Positions 1 through 13,570 of a stretch of 64,000 bases of DNA are shown here, piece after piece. The notes beneath the pieces are model-generated. The model did not search any database and was not told where the DNA came from. It saw only the letters and a list, made by a program, of their open reading frames with translations. The DNA is from Eledone cirrhosa (Eukaryota), in assembly GCA_964016885.1 (NCBI GenBank), contig OZ024744.1, positions 81,964,001 through 82,028,000 on the forward strand, written 5' to 3'. The translations under genes were made by a program, and so were the position numbers. Numbering within the stretch: position 1 is the first letter of the stretch; every line of letters begins with the position of its first letter.

Positions 1-613
1 CTCTCTCTCTCACACACACACTCACTCACACACACACTCACACACACACACATATTCATTCTCCCTCTCACTCACACACACACACACACACACACACATT
101 TATTCTCTCTCTCTCTCACACACACACACTCACTCACACGCACACTCACACACACACACACACATACATTATCTCTCTCACTCTCTCACTCACACACACA
201 CACACATACATTCTCTCTCTCACTCTCTCACTCACACGCACACTCACACACACACACACATACATTCTCTCTCTCACTCTCACACGCACACTCACACACA
301 CGCACACTCACACACACACATATTCATTCTCTGTCTCTCACACACACTCTCACTCACACGCCCACTCACACACACACATATTCATTCTCTCTCTCTCTCT
401 CATACACACTCACTCACACGCACACTCACACACTCACACACACACACACACATATTCATTTTCTCTCTCTCACACACACACTCACTCACACGCACGCTCT
501 CACACACACACACACACACATATTCATTCTCTCTCTCTCACACACACACACATTCATTCTCTCTCTCACTCACTCACACACACTCACTCACACGCCCACT
601 CACACACATATTC

Positions 614-645
<32 letters not shown>

Positions 646-1716
646 TCACTCACACGCACACTCACACACACACACACACATTCATTCTCTCTCACACACA
701 CACACACACATTTATTCTCTCTTTCACTCACACACACACACACACACATATTCATTCTCTCTCTCTCACACACACACTTACACGCACACACACATTCATT
801 CTCTCTCTCACTCAAACACACTCACTCACACGCCCACTCACACACATATTCATTCTCTCTCTCTCTCTCACACACACTCACTCACACGCACACTCACACA
901 CACACACACACATTCATTCTCTCTCACACACACACACACACATTTATTCTCTCTTTCACTCACACACACACACACACACATATTCATTCTCCCTCTCTCA
1001 CACACACACTTACACGCACACACACATTCATTCTCTCTCTCACTCACACACACTCACTCACACGCACACTCACACACACACCCTCACTCACACGCACACT
1101 CACACACACATATTCATTCTCTCTCTCACACACACACACTCACTCACACGCCCACTCACACACATATTCATTATCTCTCTCTCTCTCTCACACACACTCA
1201 CTCACACGCACACTCACACACACACACATTCATTCTCTCTCACACACACACACACACACATTTATTCTCTCTTTCACTCACACACACACACATATTCATT
1301 CTCTCTCTCTCACACACACACTTACACGCACACACACATTCATTCTCTCTCTCACTCACACACACTCACTCACACGCACACTCACACACACACACACACA
1401 TATTCATTCTCTTACTCTCACATACGCACTCACTCACACGCACACTCACACACACACATATTCATTCTCTCTGTCTCACGCACACACTCACTCACACGCA
1501 CACTCACACACACACACACACATATTCATTCTCTCTCTCACGCACACACTCACTCGCACACTCACACACACACACACATAATCATTCTCTCTCTCACACA
1601 CACACTCACTCACCCGCACACTCACACACACACACACATTTATTCTCTCTCTCACTCACACACACACACACATATTCATTCTCTCTCTCTCACACACACA
1701 CTCACTCACACGCACG

Positions 1717-1761
<45 letters not shown>

Positions 1762-2300
1762 TCATTCTCACTCACTCACACGCACACTCACACACACACA
1801 CACATATTCATTCTCTCTCTCTCACACACACACTCACTCACACGCACACTCACACACACACACATTCATTCTCTATCTCACTCACACACACACACACTCA
1901 CACTCACACACACACACATACACACACATCAAACACTCACTCACACACGCACACTCACACACACACACATTCATTCTCTATCTCACTCACACACACACAC
2001 ACTCACACTCACACTCACACACACACACATACACACACATCAAACACTCACTCACACACGCACACTCACACACACACACATTCATTCTCTATCTCACTCA
2101 CACACACACACACTCACACTCACACACACATACACACACATCAAACACTCACTCTCACACACACACTCACTCACACGCACACTCACACACATTCATTCTC
2201 TATTCACTCACACACACTCACACTCACACACACATACACACACATCAAACACTCACTCACACTCACACACTCACACACACACACATACACACACATCAAC
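1..2300. repeat. Complex (CA)n/(CT)n satellite with recurring TATTCATTCTCTCT spacer
   Basis: Visible dinucleotide mosaic; near-identical blocks 232 bp apart (ORFs 636-821 and 868-1053). Confidence 0.95.
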
Positions 2301-2404
2301 TTTACTGTCTCTGTTCACTATTCCTACTACCCAAATGGATATTTAAGTTCACAATCCATTCCTACTCTCCTCGATTTAGAATCATTTTCGGCCAACCTAC
2401 TTAC

Positions 2405-2640
2405 TGACGGCCAACCGAATTGGTAGAGCGTCGGACAACATGCTTAGAGACATAGAGTTACGGACCTTTATGGTCTGAGTTCAAATCCCGTTAAGGTTAA
2501 CTCTGCCTTTCATCCTTACGGGGTCGATAAAATAAAGTACCAGTAATACATTGGGTTTGATTTAGTCGACTTTCTCTCCCCCCCCCCCCCCAAAAAAAAA
2601 TTATTGGCCATGTGCCTAAATCAGAAACCATTATTATTGT
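2405..2640 (+). mobile_element. tRNA-derived SINE, diverged copy
   Basis: B box GAGTTCAAATCC, shared core GCCTTTCATCCTTACGGGGTCGATAAAATAAAGTACCAG, (ATT)n tail; more than 10 related copies in the window. Confidence 0.85.
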
Positions 2641-2650
2641 TATTATGTGT

Positions 2651-4165
2651 TTCTTTTATTTGCCACCAGGGCATCAAAAGTGGGACAAGTACAATGGGGG
2701 GAGTTTACAAAACAAGGCGTCCTCAATAAGGAGGAGGTAATAACAATATATAAAAATAAAATAAAATATAACAAAAAATAAAATTTATAACAAAGTCCTC
2801 AATAGAGAGGAGGCGCCTTGGGGGGTTGCACACACCCCCGAAAAAAGTGTGCAACCCTTCTCCTCAGGAGCACAGAGAAGGGGTGCTCCCTTGGTCTTTC
2901 ATCTTCCTCACCTATAGTCTGATGTAGAGTGAAGGCCCATTCACACGGGCCATTCTCGCCACTTTCACCCATCTTTCATAGAAACGGCTGGGGTGCAGCA
3001 CCTCTCTCTCCATCCTGATCCTTCTTCCGAAATGATATCGGAAGAAACGGACCAGTTGTTGGCCAGAGAGAAAGGTGTCTGACCTCAGTCCTTTCAGACG
3101 CGTCCACCATACAACCTCTTTCGCCATGGCTATTACGCACAGAAACACCGCCTCTCCTTCGTTTTTGAAGAGGGGAGGCGGCTTGATCGTTACAATAGAC
3201 TCGGTGGTCAACCGGATCGGTCCCACCCTTGACAGCAGTTGTTCGACATAGCCCCACAGATCGGCAATGCCCGAGCAGTGTACCAATGCGTGTGCAACGG
3301 TTTCCTCGTCGCACACGCATCTGGGACAGACCTTTTTCGATGGGTCCCTACCCTGGCGCCCGTGTCTGTAGAGCCTTTCTCGAACGGGCAGAGCCCTTCT
3401 GTAGCATTGCCAGGCCAGGGACCTCTGGAAGTTATCCATGGGTCCCGGGCTGAATGTCCTACCGAACAGGTTGGCCAGTTCGTCTTCCTCCATGCCTAGG
3501 GCTTCTCCGAGGGCGTCGTCGCACCTGCTAACCACCAGCCCTCTATAGAATGACGAGGTGGATTCTCCACTGACAGCCGGGTCCGCCTGCCAGAGAGCCG
3601 TGAGCGCCTGGGCACACTCGGTGTGCCAGGCGGCCAGTTTTCTCGGTCTTTGCTTGACCCAGGATTGCAGCTCGGTGAGTGAGACGAGTCTGGGAAAGGC
3701 TCGCCTCACAAACGGGGCCCACACCGGTTGACCGGAGAGGAATACCTGAAGGTGCCGTAGCCTTAATGCGTGTTTACGTATCATCAGCCACGGCATCCCC
3801 AGCCCTCCTTTCGAAGGGTGTTGACAGCAGATGGAACTCCTCACCATAGGAGCCCGCTTCTTCCAAAGGAATTGGAAGAGTGCGCGCTCCATTTTGGCGA
3901 GCGTTTCCCTTGGGCAAGGCACCACGGTCAGGCGGTAGTAGATGACGGACGCTATATAAGTGTTCGCCACCTCCGCCCGACCTTTCAGGGACAGTTTGCA
4001 CTCGGCCCACTTCTGGGTCAGTGCAAACACCCTGCTCGTCACCTCACCCCAGTTCTTCTCCACCTGGAGGTCTGGTCCGAACCAGACCCCGAGCAATTTC
4101 ACCGGGCCCTCCGTCCAGCGCCCGACGACGCCATCGGAGGGCATCGATCTGCCCCTCCACGGTTA
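2651..4165 (-). mobile_element. 5'-truncated Tx1/L1-clade LINE (ORF2 C-terminal part, open 4144-2912, plus 3' UTR)
   Basis: KLLGVWFG, LSLKGRAEVAN, KGGLGMP and the CCHC finger CPRC...ETVAHALVHC are typical of L1/Tx1 ORF2 downstream of the RT core; 3' end AATAAAAG runs into an (AAT)n tract. Confidence 0.85.
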
Positions 4166-4180
4166 TTATGGTGTATTTAT

Positions 4181-4575
4181 TGGCAGTATCGGTAGAGAGT
4201 CGGACACCATGCTTTGCAGCATAGAGTTACGGCCCTTTATGATCTAAGTTCAAATCCCACCGAGGTTAACTTTGCCTTTCATCCTTACGGGGTCGATGAA
4301 ATAAAGTATCAGTCACGCACTGGGGTCAATTTAATCGACTTCCCCTTCCCCCAAATTACTGGCCTTGTGCCTATATAAGAAACCATTATTATCAGATGGA
4401 TTGGCAGGTGGGGTCGATAAAATAAAGTACCAGTAATGTACTGGGTAATTGATGGCCTTGTGCCAAAAGTAGAAACAATTATTATCAGGTATCAGTAATG
4501 AACTGGGGTCGATTTAATCGACTTTTCCCTCCTCTAAAATTGTTGGATTTGTGCCTAAATCAGAAATCGTTATTA
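4181..4575 (+). mobile_element. tRNA-derived SINE plus two tandem 3' fragments
   Basis: A-box-like TGGCAGTATCGGTAG, B box GTTCAAATCC, same core and tail as the other copies. Confidence 0.85.
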
Positions 4576-5277
4576 CCACTATTTCTGGATACATTTCACA
4601 CGCAGGTCACGGAATTCTATTTTTTTTCTTCATCGGAAAAGATCTTGAATATGAAATATTAGACCTTTTCCCTTTCTTACTGGCAACTACCTACATTTTA
4701 ACTACCACACTTCTCTTGGATTATTTGTTATCGGTTTTGGATTTTGCATTTCACTTAATAAATATTTTCCAATTATTCTTTAATTTAATAACCGATTATT
4801 GCTTGAGAAAAATTCATTTATCAACAGGTCCCCATTAAATAAAAAAGATTATAAAAAGGTAAATATCTTGTGTATGACAGATTTTCGTTCCTTCAGAATT
4901 CATGAACTATAGAGCTTTCCCAAAGATATTTTGATAACTTCGACTAATCCCACTTCAACATGTTATAAATTAAGATAGGAATCATGCTTCACTCTCCACT
5001 TTCCCTACAAGTAGTTTCAAACACTTTTATCCCTCTAATGCTACATTACCTCATATTAATAACTATTTAACACTCATTAAACCATCAATGTCTCTTGATA
5101 AAAAAAAACCCTGTGTGTGTTTTACAGAGCAGAAGATCCACTGAGGAACTTCTACTCGGAAATTATACTGAAAGCCTTTTCTAATAAAATCGAGTAACGT
5201 TAAAGTTAGATAATTTAAAATAAGTCAAATATCTATATATAAATTTGAGCGACTTCGGTCCGCCCTTCCGTAATACA

Positions 5278-5607
5278 CTAGAGATGACTGAGGAAGGAAG
5301 GAAGGGGTGATGATGTCACGCAGTAGAGATGATAGAGGAAGGAAGGAAGGGGTGATGACGTCACGCAGTAGAGATGACTGAGGAAGGAAAGGGTGATGAC
5401 GTCACGCACTAGAGATGACTGAGGAAGTAAGGAGTGATGATGTCACGCACTAGAGATGACTGAGGAAGGAAGGAGCGATGACGTCACACACTAGAGATGG
5501 CTGAGGAAGGAAGGAAGGGGTGATGACATCACGCAATAGAGATGACTGAGGAATGAAGGGGTGATGACGTCACGCACTACAGACGACTGAGGAAGGAAGG
5601 CGTGATG
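5278..5607. repeat. About 40-45 bp minisatellite (about 8 units) containing TGACGTCA
   Basis: Unit approximately CTAGAGATGACTGAGGAAGGAAGGGGTGATGACGTCACGCA. Confidence 0.9.
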
Positions 5608-5833
5608 GCAACTACAGAAAACAGCGTCTAACATTCAGTTGTGTGTACAATCTATATAGACACACGCACACACGTATACACAGATGCGTCAGCGTGTTGA
5701 AAAATTTTTTTATAGTTTAACAAAGTATAAAATCATAACTATACTCGAAGTAATTGCTACAATATGAATATCTCTTTATGTCCGAACGTGTGTATGTAAG
5801 CGCGACTGAGGAAACTGGCGAGTAGCCTCGACA

Positions 5834-5980
5834 CAGGGCCGTCTTAACGCATGGGCACGTCTTAACACGAGGATAAGGGGCCCATTTGTATTTTTATTCC
5901 TGTGAGTGGTTGTGTAGGTAGGGGCCCCAGTGCTCTGCTTTGCCCCCCCGGGGGCCTATAATGCTGTTAAGACGTCCCTG
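5834..5980. mobile_element. hAT-superfamily MITE, 147 bp
   Basis: TIRs CAGGGCCGTCTTAAC / GTTAAGACGTCCCTG (1 mismatch) and a perfect 8-bp TSD CCTCGACA at 5826-5833 and 5981-5988. Confidence 0.9.
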
Positions 5981-6197
5981 CCTCGACATTCACTGAAACA
6001 TTTGTACGATGTGTATTCCTTAACCTGAACGTTCTTGTGGGGAAGTTTCTCTTAGCCAGTGTGTTTACAGTATGTCTATCGTGTATAACGTGTTTAGGGT
6101 AATATTAACTGGTTCAGCAACAGGTTCTGACCAACATAAACTTGCCTGTTTAGATGCCGTGTCAAATGATAATGTAGATTTTACATTAATGAAACAC

Positions 6198-6300
6198 TCA
6201 TACAATGCAACACTGTATTGCCATGATAACACTGCCGATGCGAAATACCTCATTGCGAGCATCTTGGTTAAATTCTTTAGTTGAGTTGAAGTAGGCAATG
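6198..6300 (-). CDS. Candidate terminal exon IAYFNSTKEFNQDARNEVFRIGSVIMAIQCCIV* (CaaX-like end), unidentified
   Basis: Non-repetitive sequence, pyrimidine-rich tract ending CCCTTAG, 33 open codons ending CCIV-stop. No homology recognised. Confidence 0.2.
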
Positions 6301-6850
6301 CTAAGGGATTTATGGTAATGGAGGAAAACAAGTATATAGTGAAATAAGCCTATATATCTCCCATCTTTTCACGCACAAATGAACTTAATTCACACATACA
6401 CAGAAACCTAAAAAATCTTTTTCCTTTCTACTATTTGTTTTTATATATATCAACTCGTGTGTTACTTTTTTACATAATATATATATATATTATTATATAT
6501 ATATATTATTTAGAAAACGTAGGTGAAAACACAAACACAAGGACAATTTCCGCTCATTGGCTGTCTTCTGTGGAAAATTTGAACGCATTAAAGACAGGAC
6601 TTTTCCCCACAGTGCGTTATTAGCTAAAAGAAACACAATGGAGGACGATGGACGAAGAAAATGACAAAAAACAAAACAAAACAACAACAACACAAAGAAA
6701 GAAAGACATACCGATAGAGAACGGAAAAAGAACGAAGGCAGCAGCACATGAATGTGTGGTAGTAACAGAGGGAAAACAAAAGGAAAAGAATTAATACCAA
6801 GTGGCTGAAAGTAAGTTCTGAAACCGTATTAACAACAAGAGCGAGAAAGA

Positions 6851-7490
<640 letters not shown>

Positions 7491-7589
7491 AGGAAATAAG
7501 GAAAAGTCGATTATATCGACTCAGTCCTTGACCGTTACATTATTTTATTAAGGCTGAGTTTTGAACTCGGAACACAACGAGTCAGTCGC

Positions 7590-7637
<48 letters not shown>

Positions 7638-7713
7638 TGATGGTAGCTAAGATGCTTCCATAGGTGGTATGCCGGTTGAGCACTCTATGCTCTTACAGAG
7701 CAGAGTATGATAG

Positions 7714-7940
7714 AATAGAAAACGAAAAATCAGTGATGCATCTGAACTCAATTTATTGTGTGTTACAATTGTTTCGCCGGCGGACAGCTCGAGACACGAT
7801 CACTGTGTTGATCTGTCGAACCTGCGGGACCAGAATCAGACAGATCCACACAATGATCGTGTCTCGAGCTGTCCGCCGGCGAAACAATTGTAACACAATA
7901 AATTGAGTTCAGATGCATCACTGATTTTTCGTTTTCTATT
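7714..7940. repeat. Fold-back of about 100-bp arms next to (TA)n, probably inverted PLE terminal repeats
   Basis: Arms are near-perfect reverse complements and contain GAAACAATTGTA, a hammerhead 3' half with palindromic stem III. Confidence 0.75.
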
Positions 7941-7950
7941 ATATATATAT

Positions 7951-8010
<60 letters not shown>

Positions 8011-8012
<2 letters not shown>

Positions 8013-8310
8013 AAAATGTATGACCCAAGTTCAGCCACCCCCACCTCCCACCCACTTAGAGTTAATTGTGTTTACAAGAAATTTTGATCAATCCTATTGA
8101 CAAATACAATCTTTCCATATAAGGAATTGTCCCTTGAAAAGTTTAGCTATTTATTTACCAGGCTAAAAATTCTAATTTAGTCCAGAAATAGCCGTCGAAA
8201 CGGCTTGAGCTCTGCCGTCGGGGTCATGCATTATCCTATTACCCACTCTATTGTATTGAGTACTCTGGTGCGTTATGGTCCATCTGGTTCCTTACCACAA
8301 CTCCTTCGTT
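8011..8310 (+). mobile_element. (TA)n-flanked PLE terminal-repeat (pLTR) mini-element
   Basis: Short inverted end GGAAAATGTATGACCC, a hammerhead and a TATTGAGTAC tail; relatives at 11133-11245 and 63064-63253. Confidence 0.7.
8129..8224 (+). ncRNA. Type I hammerhead ribozyme, U3-A8 variant, extended stem II
   Basis: Stem I CCC/GGG, core TTGAAAA (8134-8140), stem II GCTATTT...AAATAGC, GAAA, stem III ACGGC/GCCGT, cleavage triplet GTC. Confidence 0.7.
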
Positions 8311-8404
8311 GTATATATATATATATATCGCAAGTGTATTTTTGTCTGACGCACTACCGATTCTCCATGAAGACACTAGCAGTAGCATCATACGTAGCAG
8401 AAAA

Positions 8405-8539
8405 AATAACAACAACAACACTAACAACAACGGCACTAAACACAACAACAACAGTAGCAACAAAAACAAGGACACTAACAATAACAACAACAGTAAGAAC
8501 AACAACAACAACAACAACAACAACAGCAACAACAACAAT

Positions 8540-8594
<55 letters not shown>

Positions 8595-10255
8595 CTAACC
8601 ACAACAACCACCACACCAACAACAACGATAACGAATACAACAACAACTACAACAATAATAATACTAACAACTGCAACATTAACAGCAGCAACAACAACTA
8701 CGACACCAACAACACTAACAACACTAACAACACTAACAACAACCACACTAACAACAACGATAATAACAACAACACTAACAACACTAACAACAACAGCAAC
8801 GGCACTAACAATGTCACTAACAACACTAACAACACTAACAACAACCACAACCACACTAACAACAACCACAACCACACTAACAACAACACTAACAACAACA
8901 GCAACGGCACTAACAACATCACTAACAACAACACTAACAACAACAGCAACGGCACTAACAACATCACTAACAACAACACTAACAACAACAGCAACGGCAC
9001 TAACAACATCACTAACAACACTAACAACAACAGCAACGGCACTAACAACATCACTAACAACAACACTAACAACAACAGCAACGGCACTAACAACATCACT
9101 AACAACACTAACAACAACAGCAACGGCACTAACAACATCACTAACAACACTAACAACAACAGCAACGGCACTAACAATGTCACTAACAACACTAACAACT
9201 CTAACAACAACCACAACCACACTAACAACAACCACAACCACACTAACAACAATACTAACAACAACAGCAACGGCACTAACAACATCACTAACAACACTAA
9301 CAACAACCACAATCACACTAACAACAACCACAATCACACTAACAACATCACTAACAACAACGGCAACGGCACTAACAACATCACTAAGAACAACAGTAAC
9401 GGCACTAACAACATCACTAACAACAACCACAACCACACTAACAACAATACTAACAACAACAGCAACGGCACTAACAATGTCACTAACAACACTAACAACA
9501 ACCACACTAACAACAACACTAACAACAACCACAACCACACTAACAACACTAACCACAACAGTAACGGCACTAACAACATCACTAAGAACAACAGCAACGG
9601 CACTAACAACAATACTAACAACAACAGCAACGGCACTAACAACAATACTAACAACAACAGCAACGGCACTAACAATGTCACTAACAACACTAACAACAAC
9701 CACACTAACAACAACACTAACAACATCACTAACAACACTAACAACAACCACAACGGCACTAACAACAATACTAACCACAACAGTAACGGCACTAACAACA
9801 TCACTAACAACAACAGCGACGGCACTAACAACATCACTAACAACAACCACAACCACACTAACAATACTAACAACAACAGGGACGGCACTAACAACATCAC
9901 TAACAACACTAACAACAACCACACTAACAACATCACTAACAACAACCACACTAACAACAATACTAACAACAACAGCAACGGCACTAACAACATCACTAAC
10001 AACACTAACAACAACCACACTAACAACATCACTAACAACAACCACACTAACAACAATACTAACAACAACAGCAACGGCACTAACAACATCACTAACAACA
10101 CTAACAACAACCACACTAACAACAACACTAACAACAACATTAACAACAACAACACTAACAACAACACTAACAACAACATTAACAACAACCTCACTAACAA
10201 CAACACTAACAACAACATTAACAGCAACCACAATAACAACGACAACGACAACAAT
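8405..10255. repeat. Compound (ACA/ACT)n triplet satellite with higher-order units
   Basis: Recurrent ACAACAACAGCAACGGCACTAACAACATCACTA; all variation is in multiples of 3. Confidence 0.9.
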
Positions 10256-10480
10256 GCAATTTCATCATGGCTGCCAACCTTTCGGTATTAGTTTGTGACG
10301 TAGTATCTTGCTCCTCTCGCACGTGTCGTCTGAAATGTCATTCGTCAAGGTGTTAGGTGGTTCGTTTCTATATATTTTTTCAATAATTGAACTTTAAAAT
10401 CAATGCTGATCCACGCTGACCTTCTTGTAGAAAAGACAAACAAAATAGAAACAAAAAAAAAAAAACTCTCAGAGGTTACT

Positions 10481-10515
<35 letters not shown>

Positions 10516-10610
10516 TTAAATTAAAAAAAAAAAAAAAATATATATATATACTGTATAAGTTTTTTATTTTGCAGATTTGCTCTTTTTTGTCCTTGTTGAT
10601 GTTAAAGCGT

Positions 10611-11133
<523 letters not shown>

Positions 11134-11500
11134 GGAAAATGTTTAACCGCGACGGCAGAGCTCAAGTGGATTCGACGGCTTTTTCTGGACGCACTCTACT
11201 ACCCACTCTACTACCCTAAGTATTGAGTACTCTGGTGTGTTATGGTCCAACTCTATGCTACAAAGCATGGCGTCTGACGCTCTACCAATACTGTCAATCC
11301 ATAATAATAATGATTTTTTTTTACAAACCACAATAGGTTCACACGAAGAATACATTAAGGACAGTACAGGCCAAAGCATTGAGTATGTATGTTGTTATGT
11401 ATGTATGTATGTATGTATGTATGTATGTATGTATGTATGTATGTATGTATGTTATGTATGTATTTATGTATGTATGTATGTATGTATGTATGTATGTATG

Positions 11501-11970
11501 TTCTTCTGGTTTTATAATTTCACAAATTTTTACCAGTAGAGAGAGAGTAGGTTTCTAACATAGACAAATGACTCTCTCATTGGAATTTACGCAACAGCAT
11601 CTAGGTAGATATGTATGTATGCATGTGTAGATATTGTATGTGTGGATGTGGATGTTTTGAGTTGTATGTGTGCATGTGTATATGCTTTGTATCTGTACAT
11701 GTGTATATGCAGTTATTAGATGCAACATATTTGGAATGTTTTACATATTTTTACTGTTCCATTAATGGATTGTACTTGTAATTTCCTAACTAGTTGTGTT
11801 CTTTCTGTTCCTGTGAAGCCTAGCTTCTCAAGATATGTATTGAGGCAATTACTAACATATCCCAGTTCCCCAATAATCACAGGCATAAATCTGAAGGTGT
11901 AATCAGGGTGGAGTATCTGCAGATTTCTCATTAGTTCTGCATAAATATTCTCCTTTTCACTAATCTTTGA
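11501..11970 (-). mobile_element. R4/Dong-type RLE LINE, 3' fragment, in (TATG)n
   Basis: Near-identical to the 3' end of 13571-16602; protein ends GTVKICKTF; (TATG)n on both sides. Confidence 0.85.
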
Positions 11971-12086
11971 TATATGAATGTATGTATATATGTATGTATG
12001 TATGCATGTATGTATGCATGTATGTATGTATGTATGTATGTATGTATGTATGTATGTATGTATGTATGTATGTATGTATGTATGTA

Positions 12087-12467
12087 CGTGTGGGCGGAGG
12101 AACTCAGCAGAGTCAACGGTCATCCAAATAGTAGTTTTTGTTTTTTTTTCGCCTGGGAGTGAAAGGCCTCCAGTTGTTGTCAAAACACCTTTCTAGAAGA
12201 AGGAAACTAAAAAAACCCAAAAAACTTGCGGCTTCAGAAGCATCCGATGATGTTGACAAGTTCCCCTTTTCGGGTAGTGTTTGCGGTGCTCAGAGAGTGG
12301 GATTGGTCGAGTGCAAAGCCTTTCCCCATTTAAGAAACTTTCAAAGCACAGGCATTGCTTGTTCAGGATATGTTACAGGTTCGTGTGGCTGACCGTAGCA
12401 TAAAAGTACACCAAACTATAATCTGACAAGCGATTGACATACTCCAACCAGAGTTTGCCGCCATCAT
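12087..12467 (+). mobile_element. RTE-derived short element with (TATG)n tail
   Basis: TCTAGAAGAAGGAAAC and GATGATGTTGAC blocks and a GCCGCCATCAT end resemble elements at 54884-55953 and 63590-64000. Confidence 0.55.
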
Positions 12468-12549
12468 GTATGTATGTATGTATGTATGTATGTATGTATG
12501 TATGTATGTATGTATGTATGTATGTATGTATGTATGTATGTATGTATGT

Positions 12550-12775
12550 TATCTCTTTCTCTTAATTTCGAGTATATTTTTTTTTGAGCGACCACCTTCC
12601 TGGTGGCAAGGTTGTAAAAGAAAAGAAATTGTCATCCCTTGAATCGCAAGAATGTTTTGCAAATTTTGAAGGTGCCAGCTATCGCAGCCATTTGTAAACT
12701 GTGAATTAGGGAGCTGCGCTATGTATGTATGTATGTATGTATGTATGTATGTATGTATGTATGTATGTATGTATG

Positions 12776-12806
<31 letters not shown>

Positions 12807-13512
12807 GTATGTTTTCTCTTTCTCTTAATTTCGAGTATATTTTTTTGACCGGCCACCTTCCTAGTGGCAAGGTTGTAAAAGAAAAGAAATTGTCATCCCT
12901 TGAATCGCAAGAATGTTTTGCAAATTTTGAAGGTGCCAGCTATCGCAGCCATTTGTAGACTGAATTAGGGAGCTGCGCTTTTTGTCCGCAAATCCAAGTT
13001 CAGTCATACTTTGGTCCAAGCGGGTTGGTATATAACCCGTAGCACCAATAATGATGGGTATGAAGCTAAAGGTGTATCTTGGATACTGGATTTGTAAACT
13101 CCTCATCAATGGTCCGTAGATGTCCTCCTTCTCCTGTATTTTTCTGACAGCGTTTACATCAAGTGGGCAGCTGATCTCCACAACAGAACACGTTTTCAAT
13201 GTGTGGTCCCAAACAACAATATCAGGCCGGTTGTGCTTTAATTTGGTGGCAGTTTTTATTTTCAGGTTCCACCAGTATTCCTTAGTGCCATCTGTCTCAA
13301 TATATTCTTCCTCGTTTGTTGTTAATTTTGTTTTCCGAAGTGCGTTCCAGATGGTTCTAGCTATCCCATCGTGTCTCATGGGGAGGTAGTAGCGAGATGA
13401 CATTCTTTCGCAGCTGGCAACAATGTGGCTTACATCCTCGATCTTTGTTTTACATAGCCTACATTTATTGTTAGCTGCTGGCCCTCCTCTTTTGTGCAGC
13501 AGATATTTGGTA
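12550..13512 (-). mobile_element. Second R4/Dong-type family: two tandem 3' fragments (12550-12720, 12808-13512) separated by (TATG)n
   Basis: RHD, YWWN and RPDIVVWD...VVEISCP, the PD-(D/E)xK restriction-like endonuclease; (TATG)n flanks. Confidence 0.85.
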
Positions 13513-13514
13513 TG

Positions 13515-13548
<34 letters not shown>

Positions 13549-13570
13549 TGTATGTATGTATGTATGTATG

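Noticed and set aside
4181-4262. tRNA genes at SINE heads (also 30240, 60710 and others)
   Set aside because: A and B boxes are present but spaced too widely, no cloverleaf is evident, and each is attached to a SINE core and tail.
5288-5600. CTGAGGA in the minisatellite as a hammerhead core
   Set aside because: No stem II, GAAA or stem III arrangement follows.
7714-7940. MITE or pre-miRNA interpretation of this and similar hairpins (51490, 63064)
   Set aside because: Arms carry hammerhead/pLTR sequence and match PLE ends elsewhere in the window, so inverted pLTRs explain them better.
8205-10298. 697-aa Thr-rich mucin-like and 660-aa Asn-rich ORFs
   Set aside because: Several frames on both strands are open only because the satellite is triplet-based; the ORF start lies in a pLTR and a (TA)n tract; no signal peptide or splice evidence.
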